Below are positions 8,321 to 16,758 of a stretch of DNA of 64,000 nucleotides, in pieces. The position numbers and the translations under genes are program-made. Each line of letters opens with the position of its first letter. Position 1 is the first letter of the stretch. Source of the stretch: an uncultured Verrucomicrobiae bacterium (GTDB lineage Bacteria > Verrucomicrobiota > Verrucomicrobiia > Chthoniobacterales > UBA10450); assembly GCA_963773185.1 (NCBI GenBank), contig CAVZAD010000015.1, forward strand, positions 849 to 64,848, given 5' to 3'. The notes below the pieces were generated by a model. It did not search any database. It saw only the letters and a program-made list of their open reading frames with translations, and was not told the DNA's origin.

Positions 8321-10762
8321 GTGTCTGGAAGTTACCGCGTTGCTCCGATTTTCCTGATTCGCATGGCTGGCGTGCCATTCGAGCCGCTGGACCGTCTCGC
8401 CACCACAGCGACAGCCGGGGCGGCCCGCGAAGTACTCGTTAGGCGCGGAGAATTTTCTCGAGCGAAATCCGAATTGGAAGGGTTACTCCGGAGGCGTGAT
8501 CACGGGATACCGGTGGAGGCATATCGTGTTTTGCGTCGAGCGGTTCGCGCGGGCAGCCTTCCGGACTTTGGCGAAAATGAGCCTCCCGGGGAGTCCGTCT
8601 TGTATGCCCGAGCCGTTACCGCGTTCGCTGCGGCAGAGGCTTGTCTCCACGAAGCGCTGGAACGTGAACTCGACCCGGCCCGTCTCGCGCTCCTGGAATC
8701 GACCCGGGAGGTTTTGGCGCCTTATCTCGTTTTTGGCGGGGTAGGCGTACGTGAAGTTCTGTTCGACCTAATGATGGCTGGTTCAAGACCGGGCTCTACC
8801 TTGCTGCCCCGAAAAAAGAAAGAGCGGGCGCGAGAGCGACATCTCCTTCTTTTCCTGCAACGCATTTGCGCGAAAAACGATACTTTAAGCGAATTTGGAC
8901 CGGGCGGCTGGGGAAGAATTATTGGCAACATGTCCGGCATCAGCATGTCGCCCCAAATTGGCATTGCCGGGCGGGAGACTTTTCTCGAGCGCTGGACTGC
9001 GCACGGAGTTGCGGCGGCCTTGAATGCCGACCCGGAGGTTCGCCTCGAGCTTTCGCCCCGCCAGCATCCCAATGGACGGGTCGACGGCAACCAGTTCGTT
9101 TTTGCAGGCACGGATCAAGTTGACACGCTTGACTCGAAGACCGTTGAAATTCTCCTTCGTTGTGACGGTGCGACGCCGGCGCACTCGTTAGGCGAAGCCG
9201 AAACGCTCGAGCGACTCGCGGCGCAAAACATGATTCTTTGGGAAGTCGAGGTGCCAGCTCTTGACCCTCACGCGTTCGACGTACTCGTTTCGGATATCTT
9301 GCGCTGGCGCGACAATCCCGTCCGAGCGCGCTGGCTGGAGGCACTGCAACCCATCGCCGCCCTGCCCACCGTGTTCGCCGAAGCGACGGAAACGTCTCGA
9401 CGGGCGGAGATCATGGATGAAGCGCGGGGCCTGTTACAGGATCTCGGCACCGCGCGCGAGACGTCTGACCGTTTCCTTTACTCGGCAGCTAATCCGATAG
9501 GCGAAGAATGTTTTCGGGAATGCCATTTCTCGATCGGAGAAAATTTGATTAACGAAGTTACGACCGAGGCCGCGCCTTGGATTGATCTCTGGCGCGACAA
9601 CTACGCCTTTGTCGCCAGCCGTGTCGCCGCGGGCTTGCGCGCTCTCCTCGAAAAAGCGCCGTTGCAAGACGGAGCGCTTCCTTTACCGGCATTTTTGCAG
9701 CATTGCGCCATGCTCAAGATGCCTCTGACGGGTCCGGCCATGGTCGGTCTGGCCCATATGGCTTTTCAGGAAGTGAAGGCCGCGTTTCGGGAGCGGATGC
9801 GGGACCGGCCGGAAGCCGATGAATGGGAGCTCACCGTGGATGATTGCCATTTTATTCGCCGAAATTTTCAGTACGACAAGTTCGACGAATTCACCTATCC
9901 GTCAGCCGATCTGCAGCTCGAGGCGAAGTCCGTCGAAGCAGTGGGGCGCGGCGAGTACCGGTGGATTCTGGCTGAGCTTCATCCGCCCGTCGCGCTCCTT
10001 CATCACGGCTTTTACTGGAGTTGTCCGGACAAGGGAGCGCTCGGGGAGGCCCTGACCCAGGCCACGCAGGGTTGTCCGAGTTTTCACTTTGGTTTCTTCG
10101 CAGCGGATTTCACCTCGACTACGGCCGTTCGGATGCTCGATGCCATTCCCGATCGGACGAACTTTGTTGCCCCTCAACGTGGCGATCCACGCTGGCGGAT
10201 TATTCCTCCGGCGGAGATCGAGGTCTATGTCGAAGACAAGACCGGCGATGTTTGTTTGCGAACCCGCGGAGCCCGCGAATACCTCGGCTCTTTTGCGCGT
10301 GCGTGGGTGATTCCGCTCGGCTTTCATCCGTTTCATTTTGGCCGGACGCCCCACATGCCGCGCCTGCGCTGCGGCCGGGTGATCGTGCAACGCCGGTCGT
10401 GGACGATTACGCAGGAAGAGCTGGGACAAGGCGATTTCACGGGTATTTCGCGCGACCTTGTGCTCGCCATCGAGCGACTGCGAGCGGCGAAGGACTGGCC
10501 GCGCTACATCTACATTCGCCCCAGCGAACAAGCCTTGCGGCGAAGCGGTGCGGAAGGGCGCGACAAAGATACCAAGCCGGTCTTCATCGATCTCGAAAGT
10601 TATCTCTTCCTCGAAATCTTCCACCGCTGGCTGACCAAAGCCGGCGAGCTGGAGGTCAGCGAAATGCTGCCGAGTCCGGACGATTTGCTTTGGCAGGAGG
10701 AAGACGGCCGTCGCAGCTTCGAGCTCCGCACCCAGATTGTTCCAAGAGAAAGTGACGAGTGA
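8321..10762 (+). CDS. Small LanB-like protein (lantibiotic dehydratase N-terminal/glutamylation domain only; PEARL-like candidate)
   Basis: Intact 813-aa ORF with a GTG start. The N-terminus YRVAPIFLIRMAGVPFEPLDRL and the C-terminal block PRLRCGRVIVQRRSWTI...WPRYIYIRP...KPVFIDLESYLFLEIF resemble LanB N-domain family features as I recall them. It is about 200 aa shorter than full-length class I dehydratases. This was not verified by HMM search. Confidence 0.6.
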   Translation: MSGSYRVAPIFLIRMAGVPFEPLDRLATTATAGAAREVLVRRGEFSRAKSELEGLLRRRDHGIPVEAYRVLRRAVRAGSLPDFGENEPPGESVLYARAVTAFAAAEACLHEALERELDPARLALLESTREVLAPYLVFGGVGVREVLFDLMMAGSRPGSTLLPRKKKERARERHLLLFLQRICAKNDTLSEFGPGGWGRIIGNMSGISMSPQIGIAGRETFLERWTAHGVAAALNADPEVRLELSPRQHPNGRVDGNQFVFAGTDQVDTLDSKTVEILLRCDGATPAHSLGEAETLERLAAQNMILWEVEVPALDPHAFDVLVSDILRWRDNPVRARWLEALQPIAALPTVFAEATETSRRAEIMDEARGLLQDLGTARETSDRFLYSAANPIGEECFRECHFSIGENLINEVTTEAAPWIDLWRDNYAFVASRVAAGLRALLEKAPLQDGALPLPAFLQHCAMLKMPLTGPAMVGLAHMAFQEVKAAFRERMRDRPEADEWELTVDDCHFIRRNFQYDKFDEFTYPSADLQLEAKSVEAVGRGEYRWILAELHPPVALLHHGFYWSCPDKGALGEALTQATQGCPSFHFGFFAADFTSTTAVRMLDAIPDRTNFVAPQRGDPRWRIIPPAEIEVYVEDKTGDVCLRTRGAREYLGSFARAWVIPLGFHPFHFGRTPHMPRLRCGRVIVQRRSWTITQEELGQGDFTGISRDLVLAIERLRAAKDWPRYIYIRPSEQALRRSGAEGRDKDTKPVFIDLESYLFLEIFHRWLTKAGELEVSEMLPSPDDLLWQEEDGRRSFELRTQIVPRESDE

Positions 10763-10887
10763 CATGTGACATGTGACGAGTTCAGAAACAACGCTCGGTG
10801 CGTGGTGTCCTCGACCGAGCGAGTTCGTCCATTGTCATTCTTTCGTGCTTTTTCTTTACATGGCACACGTCACACGTCACACGTCAC
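10752..10887. repeat. Inverted arrays of GTGAC(A/G)T heptads flanking the parA upstream region
   Basis: 10752-10780 reads GTGACGAGTGACATGTGACATGTGACGAG. 10864-10887 reads CACACGTCACACGTCACACGTCAC, whose reverse complement is GTGACGTGTGACGTGTGACGTGTG. The right array ends 9 nt before the parA ATG. Confidence 0.7.
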
Positions 10888-10896
10888 TTTCTTCCC

Positions 10897-11667
10897 ATGA
10901 AGATCATCGCAGTCGCAAACCAGAAAGGCGGCGTCGGTAAAACGACGACGGCGGTGAATCTCGGCTGCGCCCTGGCGGAGCAAGGTCTGCGCGTGCTGAT
11001 TATCGACCTCGATCCCCAGGGCAATGCGACCAGCTCGTTCGGTTTGCAGGAGTTGGAAGGCGAAAGCCTCTATGAGCCGCTGCTGGGCGCCGCCACGATC
11101 GCCGACAAGATCCTTCCCACGCGAGTAGAGCGCGTTTTCATCGTTCCCGCCGATCTCGATCTCGCCGGGGCCGAAGTCGAAATCGCGCGGCTCGACAACC
11201 ATCTCACCCGGCTCGCCGAGACCCTCGCTCCGCTCCGCTCCGACAACACTTTTGATTTCGTTCTGCTCGATTGCCCACCCTCGCTCGGCATCCTGATGAC
11301 GAACGCGCTCGCCGCCGCCGACGAGCTCCTCACGCCAATCCAATGCGAATTTTTCGCGCTCGAAGGCCTGGTGAAAATCGTCCGCATCATTGAGCAGGTG
11401 CGCAATTCCGGCGCGAACGATCGACTCGAGATCGGCGGCATCGTCATGACGATGTTCGACAGCCGGACGAACCTGAGCGCGCAGGTGGTCGCGGATGTCC
11501 GGGCCCACTTCGGCGAACGGGTTTACGAGACCGTCATCCCACGCACCGTTCGCCTCAGCGAAGCGCCCAGCTTCGGCAGATCGATCCTCGAACACGATCC
11601 GAACGGGACCGGTGCTCGCGCCTACCGCGCCCTCGCGAAAGAGTTCATCCAACGCCACTCCACCTAA
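10897..11667 (+). CDS. parA: ParA/Soj-family partition ATPase (no parB follows)
   Basis: MKIIAVANQKGGVGKTTTAVNL (deviant Walker A), LIIDLDPQGNAT, LLDCPPSLG, EFFALEGL. The start is taken at the ATG at 10897; the ORF track starts at an upstream alternative codon, 10798. Confidence 0.9.
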   Translation: MKIIAVANQKGGVGKTTTAVNLGCALAEQGLRVLIIDLDPQGNATSSFGLQELEGESLYEPLLGAATIADKILPTRVERVFIVPADLDLAGAEVEIARLDNHLTRLAETLAPLRSDNTFDFVLLDCPPSLGILMTNALAAADELLTPIQCEFFALEGLVKIVRIIEQVRNSGANDRLEIGGIVMTMFDSRTNLSAQVVADVRAHFGERVYETVIPRTVRLSEAPSFGRSILEHDPNGTGARAYRALAKEFIQRHST

Positions 11668-11687
11668 GTCTATTGGCCCCCCCCGCC

Positions 11688-12376
11688 ATGAAAGCGAAAT
11701 GCGTCAACGCGATCGCTCTGCTCGTCCTCAGCAGCGTTGCCCTGGCAACCCCGCCTGGATTCCAAGAGCTCTACGACCACTATTTTCCGAACGATGAATA
11801 TCAGAATGGAGAATATCGACGGTGGTTTGACACGACCCTTTTTGGCGCTCCGCCGAACCGCGGTGAAGACCGTCACTCAGTTTATTATGCGTTTCGTGGT
11901 AACGCAGAGCTTTCCACGCGTTCGCGCGCCATCCAGACCGCGATGGCGAAGGAGAATTTAAACTCGCTTGGATTAAGGAATGTCTTGTCCTGCTTTTGCG
12001 ACTCGGAGACGACCGCTTTTTCGGGCTCCTCGCTCGAGAAGATCAACAAACTCGCGAAGCCGTTGGCTCGATGATTGACTGCGAAGTCGACTGGACTAGG
12101 CATCAATTTCCAAGAACGCGGAAGCTTTATGCCTATCGTTACATCTCGCCGTCGCATCAAGCGTTCGAGAAGAAGCACGGTCACGCCCTGAGGAGCCTTA
12201 TCGCGCGAGTGGCAGCGGAGCCCCGTTTTTCCGGAGTGCGATTTCACAACGATCCCCAAGGACCGGCCCCGATATTGATTACCGCTCCAAAGTCCTTATC
12301 TCAGAGGGACCGCGCAGAACTGCATCACTTCATTCGTCGACACATCGGTGATGATGGCAATTTAGTTTTTGATTAA
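11688..12376 (+). CDS. Hypothetical exported protein (frameshifted as assembled)
   Basis: Signal-like N-terminus MKAKCVNAIALLVLSSVALA. ORFs 11673..12074 and 11996..12376 overlap in different frames and appear to be one gene with a shift near ~12000-12070. No family was recognised. Confidence 0.4.
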
Positions 12377-12432
12377 GGTGCTGGGAAAAGTGTGCTCGGG
12401 CGGGGCAGACCGGCCAAACAAGTAGTGGCATA

Positions 12433-13107
12433 ATGCGACGCAGGAAAACGAGAAGAGGCGCGGTGACGAAGGGAGACGACCCGGATAGTGGGGAGCCGGT
12501 CCCGGTGCCGGAGACATCGAGCCTGAGCACGCTGGCGAAGGCAGCCAAGAATTGTACGGCCTGCCACCTTTACAAACGCGCTACGCAAACGGTCTGTGGC
12601 GAAGGCCCGAAGGGCGCGACATTCCTGCTGCTCGGAGAGCAACCGGGCGACCAGGAGGACCTGGCCGGAAAACCCTTTGTGGGGCCCGCCGGTAAAATTC
12701 TGGATCGCGCGCTCGCAGAAGCGGGCATCGAGCGCGGCGAGGTTTACGTCACGAACACGGTGAAACACTTCAAATGGGAACCACGCGGAAAACGCCGCAT
12801 TCATAAAAAGCCGAACTCACGCGAGATTGCCGCGTGTCGTCCGTGGCTCGAAGCCGAGCTTCGACTTGTTAGGCCGGAGCTGCTCATTTGCCTGGGCGCG
12901 ACCGCGGCCCAGTCAATTCTTGGTCCGGCTTTCCGGGTGACGCGCGAACGCGGAAAAATTTTGAAATCCGAACTGGCTCCCAGGGTCTTGGCGACGGTGC
13001 ATCCGTCGTCGTTGCTCCGCCAGCCGGATGAAGAATCGCGGGAACGCGAGTACGCACAGTTCGTCGCCGACTTGCGGGCCGCACGCAGAGCGGCGGTGGC
13101 ACGGTAG
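12433..13107 (+). CDS. udgX: UdgX-type family-4-like uracil-DNA glycosylase
   Basis: Motif A GEQPGDQED, KRRIH loop, motif B VHPSSLLR, and Cys ligands CTACHL..C..AACRPW typical of the Fe-S UDG fold. Confidence 0.8.
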   Translation: MRRRKTRRGAVTKGDDPDSGEPVPVPETSSLSTLAKAAKNCTACHLYKRATQTVCGEGPKGATFLLLGEQPGDQEDLAGKPFVGPAGKILDRALAEAGIERGEVYVTNTVKHFKWEPRGKRRIHKKPNSREIAACRPWLEAELRLVRPELLICLGATAAQSILGPAFRVTRERGKILKSELAPRVLATVHPSSLLRQPDEESREREYAQFVADLRAARRAAVAR

Positions 13108-13134
13108 CCCCGCGGGGGATTGCCGCCGCGGGGC
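13107..13134. terminator. GC-rich hairpin between convergent genes
   Basis: GCCCCGCGG (13107-13115) pairs with CCGCGGGGC (13126-13134), with a 10-nt loop. It sits between the udgX-like stop and the stop of the - strand gene at 13158. Confidence 0.5.
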
Positions 13135-13157
13135 CCGGATTAGATTGTTCGGCTGGC

Positions 13158-13583
13158 TTACGAACCAGGGGGCGTCTCAGGCTTTGCCTTCTTTTTGGAA
13201 CTCTTCGAGTTGGCAGCCTTTTCAGCGTCAGTCACCGGCCCGAGCTTGACGACCCTCGTTTCGAGGCTGCCATCGACAGCCTTCACGTAAGAGCCGCGGA
13301 CCTCTTCATTCGCCAGCACTTCCTTCATGGTTGCGGGCGCGCCGGCTTTGGTCAGGACCGACTTGTCGGTCACCTTAAAGACACGCGCTTTTTCCTTTCC
13401 GGCGATGGTGAAGGTCTTCGCAGTTTGATCGACTGCGGAGATCGTACCGTGGAACGGAATAGCCCGTTCTGTTTTGTTTTTCTCCGCCGGAGGAGACTTT
13501 TCTTCGGCGGCGTGAAGAGCCATCGACGGACAAACGGCGAGAGCGGCAATGCAAGCCGCTAGTACATGTAATCTAGTTTTCAT
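13158..13583 (-). CDS. Small exported protein, unknown function
   Basis: An internal ATG at complement 13581-13583 gives MKTRLHVLAACIAALAVCPSMALHAAEE (signal peptide). The C-terminal tail is Lys-rich. The longer listed ORF (to 13835) overlaps the next gene. Confidence 0.5.
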   Translation of the reverse strand: MKTRLHVLAACIAALAVCPSMALHAAEEKSPPAEKNKTERAIPFHGTISAVDQTAKTFTIAGKEKARVFKVTDKSVLTKAGAPATMKEVLANEEVRGSYVKAVDGSLETRVVKLGPVTDAEKAANSKSSKKKAKPETPPGS

Positions 13584-13713
13584 GGGGGGTTGTTTTTTTG
13601 GGTTAATGTCGCCAAAGACCCAAGAGTATGCCCTGGGGGGTGGCGCACCTTTCGGGAGCGTTTTATCCAACCAGTGGCCGGAAGGCAACCAGATTTTGCG
13701 CCTGCAGCGGGTG

Positions 13714-14829
13714 CTACTCTTCCGGTTTGCCCTGGAGCAACGGTTCGCAGGGCAATGTCTCCGGACCCTTCTCGGTGCAGAGGGCGTAACTGGCTGCCGG
13801 ATACATGGAGACACCGGCATATTCGCCCTTCGCATTCAACGCGTAGAAGTTGATGTTGAAATTCGGATTGCCTTTGCTGTTCAGGAGACGCTTTTCAATG
13901 GTGTTGCTCTTGATCCGACGACAGGCCTCTAGTCCAGCATCTTTCGGATGCATGCCGCGACGCATGTTCTCGACGATCAGGAACGAACAGAGGTTGTAGA
14001 GATTCGCTTCGCCGCGCCCGGTGGAACCCGCCGCGCCGATTTCTCCGTCCACGTAAAGGCCGGCGCCCAGGATCGGAGAATCACCGACGCGTCCTGGAAT
14101 TTTCCAGGCCAGCCCGCTGGTGGTAGTCACGCCGCAGATCTCTCCCTTCGTGTTGATCCCATTGCAATTGATCGTGCCGTAGATGTGTTGCCGGTCGATC
14201 AAACCTTCGGCCACCATTTGCCGCATGACGCGGGCGCCGGCCTCGGCCCGTTTCTGCGGGTCGAGGTAATGCGCGGGATCGGTCCGGCGCTTCCACTCGA
14301 GCCAGAGCTTTCTCGATTCCTCGGTGTTGAGATCGTCTTCGATCTTGAAACCAAGCCCGCGCGCAAAAACCTGCGCCCCGTTTCCGACAATGAGGTGGTG
14401 GTCCGTCTGCTCCATGACGGCTTTCGCCACGAGTGATGGAGTACGCACTCCTTCGATCGCGGCGACTCCGCCGGCGCGCTTCTTTGGCCCGTGCATGCAA
14501 CAGGAATCGAGCTGCACGATGCCGTCCGCGTTCGGCAACCCGCCGAACCCGACGCTGGTATCGAGCGGGTCGAGCTCCACGATGTTTACCCCCGCGATCA
14601 GGGCATCGAGGACATCGGCACCACCTTGCGTCATCATGGTGAAGGCCGTTTGGACACAGGTCATGTCGCCGCCGTTCTTGAACTTGTTGCCGTTCGCGGA
14701 AGCGATCACCACGGGCTTGACGGATTTCGAGCTCATAATGGTAGGAGATTGCGCGAGGAGCGTGCGCGGAGCGACGGCCAGGGTCAACCCAGCCGCGGCA
14801 CTGGAACAAACAAAACGGCGCCTATTCAT
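13714..14829 (-). CDS. Ntn-hydrolase of the asparaginase-2 family (glycosylasparaginase / isoaspartyl peptidase), Tat-type signal
   Basis: MNRRRFVCSSAAAGLTLAV (twin-Arg). GTINCNGIN..TTTSGLAWKIPGRVGDSPILGAGLYVD matches the autoproteolytic Thr and GRVGDSP blocks. Confidence 0.8.
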   Translation of the reverse strand: MNRRRFVCSSAAAGLTLAVAPRTLLAQSPTIMSSKSVKPVVIASANGNKFKNGGDMTCVQTAFTMMTQGGADVLDALIAGVNIVELDPLDTSVGFGGLPNADGIVQLDSCCMHGPKKRAGGVAAIEGVRTPSLVAKAVMEQTDHHLIVGNGAQVFARGLGFKIEDDLNTEESRKLWLEWKRRTDPAHYLDPQKRAEAGARVMRQMVAEGLIDRQHIYGTINCNGINTKGEICGVTTTSGLAWKIPGRVGDSPILGAGLYVDGEIGAAGSTGRGEANLYNLCSFLIVENMRRGMHPKDAGLEACRRIKSNTIEKRLLNSKGNPNFNINFYALNAKGEYAGVSMYPAASYALCTEKGPETLPCEPLLQGKPEE

Positions 14830-14974
14830 GTCCGATCAAACCACGACGCGGCCCTCGATGGCAATCCGCACTTTAGGCAAGCAACGGCCTCTGCTGTTGC
14901 GGTCGCGCAGCAATTGCCAAAACACAATCCCCAACCCCACGGTCAGGGGCTAGAGGCTTCGAACGGACTGAGCG

Positions 14975-15874
14975 CTACCGAGCGGTAGCGATTCCGGCAG
15001 GGGTTTGCGCAAAGGTCGCCGACAGCTCGGCCAGAACCCTTTCAGGACCGACGAACTGCTTTCCGACGTAGCTATCGGAGAGGACTTTCCCGCTGGCATC
15101 CAGCAGCACGAGGCAGGGAATGGCTTCTCCGCCATATTTCTTGAGCGCGCCTTTTGTTGGAAGCTTGGAGAATTCGATCGCCGGCCAGGGCATTTTCAGA
15201 TCGCGCATATAGGCCTCCATCGCACCGGCCGAGTGATCGTTGCTGACGAAAACAATTTCGAATTCCGGATGCTGGGCTGCGACGCGGTTATAGAATTCGA
15301 CCAGCTGCGGGGTGAACGCGCGACAGGGCCCGCACCACTGGGCGGAAAAATAGAGTGCAATCAGTTTTTTCTTGGAGAGCGCTTCGTCTTCGAAAGGGGC
15401 AAGACTCGCGAGATTTCCATTTCTCCAGGCGACCAGATCACCTTTGAATTGATTTGCCAGAATAGTGGAGGCCTGGCCGGTGGAAGGTGGCGCCGCAGTT
15501 CGGGCACGGAGAAGTTTGTCCTGGTAGAGGGTGTTGAATTTGCGCGATTGCTCAATCTCGCGCGCACGCCTCGCGGTCTGCGTCGCCAATTCGTCCTGGG
15601 CTTTTTGCGCATCAGCTGGCGAGACGGTGTAGGAACCGGCTTTGATGGCGTTGACGAGCGCCGGAGCGGCCCCGGCTTCCCGAAGGGTTTGCTCGGCAAC
15701 GGCGTTAAGCGGTTCGGACAATCGTCTAACGGAGAGCTCCTTCTGCACGGTCTCACTCGCAAAGCCGGATCGCAGCATAAGGATGACTTCTTTTATCGTG
15801 AGAGGCAGCGTGCGGGCGGGAAGGGAGCTGAGCGCAGTTCCAGCCACGATGACGAGGGCAAGCAGGTAGCGCAT
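14975..15874 (-). CDS. Exported thioredoxin-fold protein (TlpA/nucleoredoxin-like, WCGPC)
   Basis: Signal peptide MRYLLALVIVAGTALSSLPA. C-terminal domain LIALYFSAQWCGPCRAFTPQLVEFYN..FEIVFVSNDHS. Confidence 0.75.
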   Translation of the reverse strand: MRYLLALVIVAGTALSSLPARTLPLTIKEVILMLRSGFASETVQKELSVRRLSEPLNAVAEQTLREAGAAPALVNAIKAGSYTVSPADAQKAQDELATQTARRAREIEQSRKFNTLYQDKLLRARTAAPPSTGQASTILANQFKGDLVAWRNGNLASLAPFEDEALSKKKLIALYFSAQWCGPCRAFTPQLVEFYNRVAAQHPEFEIVFVSNDHSAGAMEAYMRDLKMPWPAIEFSKLPTKGALKKYGGEAIPCLVLLDASGKVLSDSYVGKQFVGPERVLAELSATFAQTPAGIATAR

Positions 15875-15972
15875 TCTTCCATGCGAGCAGGAGATGCGCC
15901 ATTGGGTGGCTGGTTGGTTGCGGACGGTGCAACGCGCCGGCCCTACCAGAGGTGGATTGGGGTGGTGTTTGA

Positions 15973-16758
15973 CTACGGAGGCCCGCCACGGTCGTAGACC
16001 TCAACGAGGCCGACACCGGTGCCGTTGTTCAATCCCGCCAGCAGTGCAGTATAGAGGCCAGGCGGTAGCGTCTTTGCTATCCCCGACTCGAGATCGCTTC
16101 CCAGCGCGAGGCCGGCCGCGGTCAACTCAGCGGCTTGAGCGGGATCATCCTGCCAATCGTTGTTGGCGGCGAGAAGCGCTCCATTACTGTCGCGCAGTTC
16201 CAGAGTTGGATTGGCCAGCGCACCAGCAACTCCCAAGGCCGTGAGGCTGGGGCCGATGCCACGGGCGATGATCCTGTCGTCACCGCTATGGCTGCCCAGG
16301 ATGAACCCGGCGATGACGATTTCGCTAGAGGTGCCGACAAACGCCCGGGTGCTGATATTGGCCAGCTTCGCCGGAACGGCCAGGCTCAGATCGTACAACT
16401 CAATTAATCCGACCCCCGATGTATTATTCTGGCCTCTCACGAGCGCCGTGTAGGCTCCGGGATTTAGGGTGGCGTCAATCGCCGATTCGAGATCGTTGCT
16501 CGGTGGGATGCCGGTGGCGATGATCGCTGCTTCCTGGACGGGGTCGTCTTTCCAATTGTTGTTGGTGATCGTGGTGAAGCCATCGGGTCCGTGCAGTTCG
16601 AGCACGGGATCCGCGAGCGCGTCGGGAACCCCGAGCTTGGTGAGAGATGGGCCGATGGCGCGAAGAAGCACATGCTTGGGAGCACTTCCCGTAATGATGA
16701 ATCCGCCGATGCCGACATTGTCACCGATCTGAACCCGCATTCGGGTCGAGAGGTTGAT
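15973..16758 (-). repeat. Copy 1 of the shared tandem C-terminal module (2 x ~130 aa, ends VEVYDRGGPP)
   Basis: INLSTRMRVQIGDNVGIGGFIITG..LADPVLELHG..NNNWKDDP..DLESAIDATLNPGAYTALVRG..LIELYDL, followed by LANISTRAFVG..LANPTLELRDSNG..NNDWQDDP..DLESGI..PPGLYTALLAG..LVEVYDRGGPP. It is about 85% identical at the nt level to 24409-25195 (16141-16320 compared by eye with 24576-24755). Confidence 0.85.

Noticed and set aside
8223-8357. A 44-codon TTG-initiated ORF overlapping the small-LanB start, considered as a precursor peptide.
   Set aside because: It has a non-ATG start without a recognisable ribosome-binding site, overlaps the enzyme start, and its sequence is not Cys/Ser/Thr-rich or leader-like. 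It is probably a chance ORF.
10752-10896. A canonical parS site (TGTTNCACGTGAAACA) near parA.
   Set aside because: No match was seen. The local repeats are GTGACRT heptads, not the 16-bp parS palindrome.
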